Shown here piece after piece: positions 57,192 through 64,000 of a DNA stretch of 64,000 bases. Each line of letters opens with the position of its first letter. The stretch's first letter is position 1. The stretch is from an uncultured archaeon (lineage in GTDB: Archaea; Aenigmatarchaeota; Aenigmatarchaeia; CG10238-14; SCSR01), in NCBI GenBank assembly GCA_964539655.1, contig CAZIJH010000003.1, forward strand, positions 12,113 to 76,112, read 5' to 3'. The notes under the pieces are model-generated. The model was given only the letters and a program-made list of their open reading frames with translations. It did not search any database and had not been told where the DNA came from. The position numbers were made by a program, and so were the translations under genes.

Positions 57192-59492
57192 ATGGCCGAT
57201 TCAAAAGAGGAAAATGAAATCAGGATAAAGATCGGAGAATTAACCGCGAGGGAAGAAGCGGGAAGGGGAATAGTTAGGATAGATTCCAACGTGCTTTCCA
57301 AACTCAACATCAAGGAAGGCGACGTCATCGAGATCGAGGGCAAGAGGAAAACAGCAGGCATCGCTGTCCGCGCGTATCCGGCTGATGTCGGGCTGAACCT
57401 TGTCAGGATGGACGGAATAACTAGAAGGAATTGCGGAAGCGGAGTCGGGGAGTTCGTCAAGATAAGGAAGGCCGACGTGAAGGAAGGACTCAAAGTTGTT
57501 ATCGCTCCTGCCGAGCGAGGAATGATAATCCACATTTCTCCGAACCTGATCAAGCAGAACATCTACATGAGGCCGATGGTGAAGGGCGACATACTTGTGC
57601 CTTCTCCGGTCGTGCGCAGGAGAAACCGCGGCGGAAATATTTTCGAGGAATTTTTCGGAATAGATTTCGGGATGGACATGGAGAACTTTTTCACGCCGAT
57701 CGCCGGAGAGACGAGATTCATCGTCACCAACACAACGCCTGCCGGAATCGTAAAAATAACGGACGAGACCGAACTGGAAATTTTGCCCGAACTTCCGGAA
57801 TCGATGAAGCTTGAAGAAAGAGCGATTCCTGCCGTTACATACGAGGACATCGGTGGAATGAAACCTGTTATACAAAAAGTTCGCGAGATGGTCGAGCTTC
57901 CGTTGAGGCATCCAGAGTTGTTCGAAAGACTCGGAGTCGAGCCTCCGCGTGGAGTTCTTTTGTACGGACCTCCTGGAACAGGAAAGACTTTGCTCGCGAA
58001 AGCTGTGGCGAACGAGTCCGGAGCGAACTTCATTTCTATATCCGGTCCGGAAATAATGAGCAAGTGGTACGGTGCGAGCGAGGAAAATTTGAGAAAAATT
58101 TTCGACGAGGCGGAAAAAAATGCGCCGACAATTATTTTCATCGACGAGATAGATTCTATCGCGCCGAAGAGGGAAGAGGTTAGCGGTGAAGTCGAACGCA
58201 GAGTTGTGTCTCAACTTTTGACTTTGATGGACGGGCTGAAGAAGAGAGGAAAAATAATTGTCATCGCCGCGACGAACAGGCCGAACGCAATCGATCCGGC
58301 GTTGAGAAGGGGAGGAAGGTTCGATCGCGAGATAGAGATTCCCGTTCCGGACAGGAGCGGAAGATTGGAAGTTTTGAAAATACATTTGAGGAACATGCCT
58401 CTCGCGAAAGATGTTGATCTGAACTGGCTCGCCGAGATAACTTACGGTTATGTCGGGGCCGATTTGTGGAGCCTCGCGAAAGAAGCGGCAATGTCGGCGT
58501 TGAGAAGGGTCCTGCCAGAAATAAAATGGAAGGAAGAAACGGAACTGCCGAGGGAAGTTATTGAAAGGCTCATCGTAACAAAGGAAGATTTCGAAAACGC
58601 GCTAAGAATGGTCGAGCCGTCCGCGATGAGGGAAGTCCTTGTCGAGATTCCAAAAATAAAGTGGGAAGATATAGGAGGACTCGAAGATGTCAAGCAGTCG
58701 TTGAAAGAGATGGTCGAATGGCCGTTGCTGTACGAGGACAGTTTCGAGAGAATGGGAATACATCCGCCTCGCGGAATTCTTTTGTACGGTCCGCCGGGAA
58801 CAGGAAAAACACTTTTGGCGAAAGCCGTCGCGAATGAGAGCGGGGCAAACTTCATTTCGATAAAAGGTCCGGAGCTGAAAAGCAAGTGGGTCGGCGAATC
58901 CGAAAAAATGATCAGGGATCTTTTCAGAAGAGCGAAACAGGTCGCGCCTACGATAATTTTCTTTGATGAGATTGACGCACTCGCGCCGAAAAGAGCGGTA
59001 GGATACGGAGAGCATGTTACTGAAAGCATTGTCTCGCAGCTTTTGACAGAGATGAGCGGTCTGGAAGAACTGAAAGGTGTTGTTGTTATCGCTGCGACAA
59101 ACAGGCCGGACATAGTCGATCCCGCATTGATGAGGCCTGGAAGATTCGACAGGCAGCTTCTCGTGCCCGCTCCTGACGAGAAGGGAAGGTTGGAAATTTT
59201 GAAAGTCCACACGAAGGACATGCCGCTCAAGGGAGTCGACATCAAAGAGCTTGCAGAGAAGACGGACGGATTTTCCGGCGCGGACTTGGAAGCGCTAGCT
59301 AGAGAAGCCGCGATGGATTCGCTGAGAGAAAACATAAAATCCAAGGAAGTGAGGATGAAGAATTTCGAGGACGCTCTCAAGAAAATGGTGCCGAGCATCT
59401 CTAAAGATGTCAGGTCTTATTACGAAAAGTTCATCGAGAGGCAGAGAAAGATAAGGGAAAAGGAAGAGCCGATGCCTGCCTACATCGGATAA
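57192..59492 (+). CDS. cdc48: Cdc48/VAT AAA+ ATPase
   Basis: Two [12 protein letters not shown] modules and an N-domain. Confidence 0.98.
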   Translation: MADSKEENEIRIKIGELTAREEAGRGIVRIDSNVLSKLNIKEGDVIEIEGKRKTAGIAVRAYPADVGLNLVRMDGITRRNCGSGVGEFVKIRKADVKEGLKVVIAPAERGMIIHISPNLIKQNIYMRPMVKGDILVPSPVVRRRNRGGNIFEEFFGIDFGMDMENFFTPIAGETRFIVTNTTPAGIVKITDETELEILPELPESMKLEERAIPAVTYEDIGGMKPVIQKVREMVELPLRHPELFERLGVEPPRGVLLYGPPGTGKTLLAKAVANESGANFISISGPEIMSKWYGASEENLRKIFDEAEKNAPTIIFIDEIDSIAPKREEVSGEVERRVVSQLLTLMDGLKKRGKIIVIAATNRPNAIDPALRRGGRFDREIEIPVPDRSGRLEVLKIHLRNMPLAKDVDLNWLAEITYGYVGADLWSLAKEAAMSALRRVLPEIKWKEETELPREVIERLIVTKEDFENALRMVEPSAMREVLVEIPKIKWEDIGGLEDVKQSLKEMVEWPLLYEDSFERMGIHPPRGILLYGPPGTGKTLLAKAVANESGANFISIKGPELKSKWVGESEKMIRDLFRRAKQVAPTIIFFDEIDALAPKRAVGYGEHVTESIVSQLLTEMSGLEELKGVVVIAATNRPDIVDPALMRPGRFDRQLLVPAPDEKGRLEILKVHTKDMPLKGVDIKELAEKTDGFSGADLEALAREAAMDSLRENIKSKEVRMKNFEDALKKMVPSISKDVRSYYEKFIERQRKIREKEEPMPAYIG

Positions 59493-59542
59493 ATTAAATT
59501 TTTAATTTTGATATTTATTTTACAGGCTACAATAATTTCTTT

Positions 59543-60103
59543 ATGCCGAATTTTTATTTGGACATCGAGACTACCGGCAAGGATCCGAAGAGGGACCAGA
59601 TAATAACGATACAGTTCGCGAGATTCGACAGCAGGACTGGAAAACGGATCGGGAATTTGAAAATTCTTAAATCGTGGGAATCCGACGAGAAGGAGATCAT
59701 TAAAAAATTTATAGAAGAGTCTGGGATATCCGATCCGAATGTTTTCTCTTTCGTGCCGGTCGGGTTCAATCTGGGGTTCGAGCACAATTTTTTCATCGAG
59801 AGATGCAGAGTCCACAACCTTCCTGCTATCGACGTGCTTCTCAACAGGCCGTTCATTGATTTGAAATCTTTGTGTGTGATAATGAACAACGGCAGCTTCA
59901 AGGGATCCGGGCTCGACAAGATTACCGGCAAGCCGCACAGCGGAGAAATCGTGCCGAAATGGTTCAGCGAGAAAAAATACGACGAGATTGAAAATTACAT
60001 TGTGAGAGAAGCTCAGGAGTTTGAAAAATTCTGCTCGTGCCTTCACAAAGAACTGCCGGACACCCTCAAGAAATTCAAGTCCTCGTCCGATACCAAAAAA
60101 TAG
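59543..60103 (+). CDS. RNase H-like/DnaQ-fold exonuclease domain protein
   Basis: YLDIETTG, VGFN, FIDL. Confidence 0.82.
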   Translation: MPNFYLDIETTGKDPKRDQIITIQFARFDSRTGKRIGNLKILKSWESDEKEIIKKFIEESGISDPNVFSFVPVGFNLGFEHNFFIERCRVHNLPAIDVLLNRPFIDLKSLCVIMNNGSFKGSGLDKITGKPHSGEIVPKWFSEKKYDEIENYIVREAQEFEKFCSCLHKELPDTLKKFKSSSDTKK

Positions 60104-60106
60104 CCG

Positions 60107-60646
60107 TCAGTTTTTGACTAAATTATTTTTCTCGTTGAAAACGCTGTTGACCAGCATGTTGGCCTTCTCGTTGCGCTCGCGCTCGATGTAAAAATATCTC
60201 ACGCTCGTGAAAAATGTTTCCAGAATTTTCATCTCCATCAGCAGCTTCAGCAGTTCCTGTTTCCTTATCCTGTATCTTCCTGTAATGTGGTTCACGAGCA
60301 GCTCGCTGTCGCTGAATATGTAGATTTTCTTCCTGCAGTATTTCGCGGCCAGCTCGAGCGCCTTTATCGCCGCCTTGTATTCCGCGAGGTTGTTTGTGCC
60401 GTTTCCGATGAATTCCTTGTACTCCTCGAGAATCTTTCCGTAGTTGTCCTTGATTATCACTGCGAACGCGGACGGCCCAGGATTTCCCTTGCATGCTCCG
60501 TCGATGTTGATGTACAGAGACCTTATGTACTTCCCGTTGATCTGCTGCTTCTGCCAGCCCGGATTGAATTTATTTCCAAATCCGTTGCCATTGTTGTTCA
60601 GTTCGCCGTTCATAAATTTTCTTTGCAAAAATAACCCTAATGACAA
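60107..60646 (-). CDS. rnhA: Ribonuclease HI family protein
   Basis: IDGACKGNPGP, TNNLAEY, SDSEL; start probably 60613. Confidence 0.88.
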   Translation of the reverse strand: MSLGLFLQRKFMNGELNNNGNGFGNKFNPGWQKQQINGKYIRSLYINIDGACKGNPGPSAFAVIIKDNYGKILEEYKEFIGNGTNNLAEYKAAIKALELAAKYCRKKIYIFSDSELLVNHITGRYRIRKQELLKLLMEMKILETFFTSVRYFYIERERNEKANMLVNSVFNEKNNLVKN

Positions 60647-60743
60647 TTCAGAACTACCTGCGGTAGTGAAAATTTCTCTTTGCGAACTCGATTGAATAAC
60701 TTTATTTACTCAAAACGGGAAATTTATCTTACGAGGTAATTTT

Positions 60744-61598
60744 TTGACAAGAGTGATAGGAGTCTGCAGCGGAAAGGGAGGGGTCGGAAAGACGACAATC
60801 GTCACCAATCTCGCGGTTGCATTGCACGAATTGGGCCAGAGAGTTCTCATCATCGATTGCAACATCTCCACGCCGCACATGACCTACTACATGGGCGCTT
60901 CGGATTACAAGTATACCCTGAACGACGTGATGCTCGGGAAGGTCGACGTGTCTTCCGCGGTTTACACCCATTACGGGATAAAGTACATACCAGCCTCGCT
61001 CGACATGAAAGATGTTATCGGGCTCGAGCCTACAAGCATAAGGAAACATTTGAAGAAGCTCATCAGTTCCGGACAGGCCGATGTGATAATACTCGATGCC
61101 GCTCCTGGGCTTGGAAGAGAGGCTCTCACTGTTTTGGACGCCGCCGACGAGATACTTCTTGTTACCGGGCCGTTCGCACCCATGATCAACGACGTTTTGA
61201 GATGCTCCGAGGTGCTGAAAGCTGTGAAGGGCGCGAAGAATGTCAATTTGGTCTTGAACATGACGACCGGCGGCACTCACGAGATAAATAACAAGGCTAT
61301 TTCGGAAGTCACCGGCATACCCGTCATCGGACAGATCCCGTTCGATAAAAATGTTCTTTTCGGCATGGTCTCCAAGTCCCCTGTGATGAACTTCAGGCCG
61401 AACTCCGACGCTTCGATAGGATTCATGCAGCTCGCTTCAAATCTGGTCGGACAGCCGTACAAGATTCCTGCAAAAATAAAATTGAAGAACGCGATCACCA
61501 AATTCAAGAATTACATGCTGCCGCAGACCGTTCCAATTTCACAGGACGCGAGAGCGCTCGAAGACGAAATATTTATACAGAAATATTCCAAAAATTAG
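60744..61598 (+). CDS. minD: MinD/ParA-family ATPase
   Basis: SGKGGVGKTT, LDAAPGLG. Confidence 0.88.
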   Translation: MTRVIGVCSGKGGVGKTTIVTNLAVALHELGQRVLIIDCNISTPHMTYYMGASDYKYTLNDVMLGKVDVSSAVYTHYGIKYIPASLDMKDVIGLEPTSIRKHLKKLISSGQADVIILDAAPGLGREALTVLDAADEILLVTGPFAPMINDVLRCSEVLKAVKGAKNVNLVLNMTTGGTHEINNKAISEVTGIPVIGQIPFDKNVLFGMVSKSPVMNFRPNSDASIGFMQLASNLVGQPYKIPAKIKLKNAITKFKNYMLPQTVPISQDARALEDEIFIQKYSKN

Positions 61599-61602
61599 TT
61601 GA

Positions 61603-62394
61603 TTGTTTTTGATGATTGTCAAAATTTTGAGAGCACTGGGAAAATTTGTTTTCAGCATCCTTTTCAGCCTGCTGCTTGTTTCGTCTCTTCTCGTCATGAG
61701 CGTCGCGAATTTCACGGAGTTCGGCAATTTAAATAAAATTGTCGGAAGCCTCATCAGCGGCCAGCTCACCAGCGGTGGCACGCCTGAAGAAATCAGCGCG
61801 GGACTTTTACAGCTGAAAGAACTGTGCGCGTCATCCGAAACGAAATCCATCAGTCTCAGCGGGTCCGGTGAGGATCTCACTTTTGATTGCAGCCAGGTTG
61901 AAAATCTCGACGAAAGCAATGTGGGCGCGGCGATGGGCGGGCAGATTCTCGAGAAAATTTATTACAAGGAGTACGGTTGCGACTTCCTTTCCTGCGTCAC
62001 CCAGTCAGAAAAGCCGAGCATCACGATTTTATTTTCAAAAAATGCGAACGATTTCTTCAAACAAATTCAAATTTACGTTTGGATTGCAACGGCGGTGATT
62101 GGCGGGATACTTTTCTTTTTGATCGAAACATGGTCGGGACGCCTCAGGAGCTTCGGTATAAATTTCATTTTCGTCGGGCTTCCGTTCTTCGTCATGAATT
62201 ACTTCAAGGGAAAATTGCTGAGCGCAGTTCCTGAGCAGTTTGTTGCCGCTGCCGGCCCGCTTCTTGACAGCCTGTTCAAGCCGGTCGAGCAAATCTACAT
62301 GATTATGCTTGTCGGCGGCGTGATTCTTGTCGTTGCTAGCTTTGTTGTCAAGTACAAGATAGAAAATGCTGCAAAATCTTCCCAAATTAAGTGA
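61603..62394 (+). CDS. Membrane protein
   Basis: Four TM helices and a Cys-containing loop. Confidence 0.75.
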   Translation: MFLMIVKILRALGKFVFSILFSLLLVSSLLVMSVANFTEFGNLNKIVGSLISGQLTSGGTPEEISAGLLQLKELCASSETKSISLSGSGEDLTFDCSQVENLDESNVGAAMGGQILEKIYYKEYGCDFLSCVTQSEKPSITILFSKNANDFFKQIQIYVWIATAVIGGILFFLIETWSGRLRSFGINFIFVGLPFFVMNYFKGKLLSAVPEQFVAAAGPLLDSLFKPVEQIYMIMLVGGVILVVASFVVKYKIENAAKSSQIK

Positions 62395-62399
62395 AACGC

Positions 62400-62540
62400 C
62401 TATCCGATATAGCGAATATCCTTTCCGTTTTCCTCGACTATCTCGTTGTATTTCTCGATCTGGGCTTCTATGAAGTCGTCGACAGTTTTGACGCGTCTGA
62501 TTTTCCTGATTCTTTTTTTGATTCTTGGCAACTTCGACAT
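62400..62540 (-). CDS. Basic microprotein ending in YIG (46 aa, not in the ORF track)
   Basis: MSKLPRIKKRIRKIRRVKTVDDFIEAQIEKYNEIVEENGKDIRYIG. Confidence 0.65.
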   Translation of the reverse strand: MSKLPRIKKRIRKIRRVKTVDDFIEAQIEKYNEIVEENGKDIRYIG

Positions 62541-62608
62541 AATATTTATTAGAAGTATAAACTAAAATATCTTTCTATAATTTCGGGCAAAAATCGAGGA
62601 AAAATGCA

Positions 62609-62746
62609 ATGAAATCGCGACAATTCTGCAAAAATCACGGGAAAGTTGAGTTCGACGACATACAGATCAAGAACGGCGGCCCGATCTGCAGGAAATGCTC
62701 GTCGGTTTTGGAATTCGGCGAAGTGAAGCCGAGAAGGATCAAATAA
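62609..62746 (+). CDS. Zinc-finger microprotein (45 aa, not in the ORF track)
   Basis: CKNH...CRKC; GAGG site upstream. Confidence 0.7.
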   Translation: MKSRQFCKNHGKVEFDDIQIKNGGPICRKCSSVLEFGEVKPRRIK

Positions 62747-62750
62747 AATA

Positions 62751-63506
62751 TCAATTAAATTTTTGTGTGTGTTTCTTTACATACTCTTCGTCAAGTTTTC
62801 TTGTCTTTGTAAATTCTACCGCAACATTGTGCTGCTCGGCAGAAATAAGTTGCTCTTGATGCAAGCAATTAATCATGTCAAGAATGTTCATGAGATAGTG
62901 TGTCCTTATGCCATTTGGACTGACTGGAGTTTTGTGCTGCAACAATTCCTCTGGACCGCCCTGTAATCTGGTAAGCAAAACCAACAAATCATCGACTCTT
63001 ACATTTATTCCGTCCTTCTCTGCTTGGTAAATTATGGATTGGATGGCGCCCTTCTTGCTTTTGGACGAAGTTATCAAATCGTCAACCAAAACAATTCTAT
63101 CTCTGTCTCGCATGAACGCTTCCACGTTGCGTTTCATTCCGTAGGCTTTTTCGCCCTCTTCAACATAGCCGACCGGGATTCCCGTCCTTTCCCAGAGCGC
63201 ACCGGCATACAGTTGGCTCGCCTTTGGAATGCTGATGATCAAATCGATATTGTCCGCGCCGATGTCTTCCTTGATCATAAGTTCGTAAGCGTCAACAATG
63301 TGCTCGCCGAGAACCTTTCCATCAACCATCACACGAGTGGACATCATCGGGCGCAAATCAACATAGTACGGGCTCAACGAGCCGTCCGTCAATGTATAAC
63401 AACCGAAATTAATTCCTCCCGCCTGCTTGATGCCGACGCTGATGTTCCTGATTAATTTTTTCCTTTCGTCAGAAATCTGCGCCGTTTTTTGATCCATGCG
63501 TCTCAC
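62751..63506 (-). CDS. pyrE: Orotate phosphoribosyltransferase
   Basis: SPYYVDLR, LVDDLITS; adjacent to pyrF. Confidence 0.88.
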   Translation of the reverse strand: MRRMDQKTAQISDERKKLIRNISVGIKQAGGINFGCYTLTDGSLSPYYVDLRPMMSTRVMVDGKVLGEHIVDAYELMIKEDIGADNIDLIISIPKASQLYAGALWERTGIPVGYVEEGEKAYGMKRNVEAFMRDRDRIVLVDDLITSSKSKKGAIQSIIYQAEKDGINVRVDDLLVLLTRLQGGPEELLQHKTPVSPNGIRTHYLMNILDMINCLHQEQLISAEQHNVAVEFTKTRKLDEEYVKKHTQKFN

Positions 63507-64000
63507 AAATTCCTTGCCATATCTTGCAATATTCCGTAAGCATTTTTACGCATCTCGTCAGGAGTGGCTGGTATAAGTTTGCCGGGGTTTTTTGAATCTT
63601 CGACGTGTGTAATTGTCCTTCCGGCTACAAGAATAGTTGAACCATATTTTATCGCATTACCTGGAGTGAACACCCTATCTTTATTTTGATCTGCTCCGAC
63701 GGCTCCGCCAACGGCCTGTATTCCAGGTGTGACATACATGAATGGTCCATTTAGTTCTGGAACTTGTTTCAAAGCGTACAATTCTGCAGCAGAACAAACA
63801 ACTCCGTCAAGCCCACAACTTTTTGCAAGCTTTGCATAACATACAACTTTATCGGTAACTGTTCCCGGAATTTCTAGTTCTTCATTCAGTTGTTTATCTT
63901 TGATACTTGTCAAAACTGTAACTCCCCAAACATTTGGAATCTGTGTATTGTAAATTTCTGCTCCTTCTCTAGCACCCTGTAAAGCAGCTCTCATCATTTC
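63503..64000 (-). CDS. pyrF: Orotidine-5'-phosphate decarboxylase (partial)
   Basis: VTVLTS, GLDGVVCS, TPGI, DQ, VAGRTI. Confidence 0.92.
   Translation of the reverse strand, partial: EMMRAALQGAREGAEIYNTQIPNVWGVTVLTSIKDKQLNEELEIPGTVTDKVVCYAKLAKSCGLDGVVCSAAELYALKQVPELNGPFMYVTPGIQAVGGAVGADQNKDRVFTPGNAIKYGSTILVAGRTITHVEDSKNPGKLIPATPDEMRKNAYGILQDMARNL

Noticed and set aside
52506-59398. Long antisense ORFs opposite topA and cdc48
   Set aside because: Shadow frames of well-supported genes.

Overview
Archaeal DNA, most likely from a DPANN lineage (Aenigmatarchaeota-like; inferred from TFB, archaeal histone, aIF5A, GatDE, Cdc48, Dph6, split Hef, DUF460 plus archaeosortase, and an unlinked, divergent 23S rRNA). 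Most of the window is housekeeping or conserved hypothetical genes. It also holds a 3.0-kb cargo-carrying IS6-family element with an 8-bp target duplication, a truncated second IS6 element with apparently homologous cargo, and an AT-rich islet at tRNA-Ser(CGA). The stand-out is the 23S rRNA locus (about 1700-5490). The stand-alone 23S gene has two bulge-helix-bulge (BHB) introns, and its predicted precursor appears to carry three box C/D guide RNAs: two in tandem in the 5' leader and one inside intron 1. All three share the same box variants (C = RTGATTR, D' = CTGA, C' = ATGAAGA, non-canonical D). Their D guides are complementary to peptidyl-transferase-centre segments of this same 23S, with N+5 targets at E. 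coli-equivalent U2552, A2600 and U2438. All calls were made by eye; no database searches were run, and E. coli numbering comes from manual alignment.
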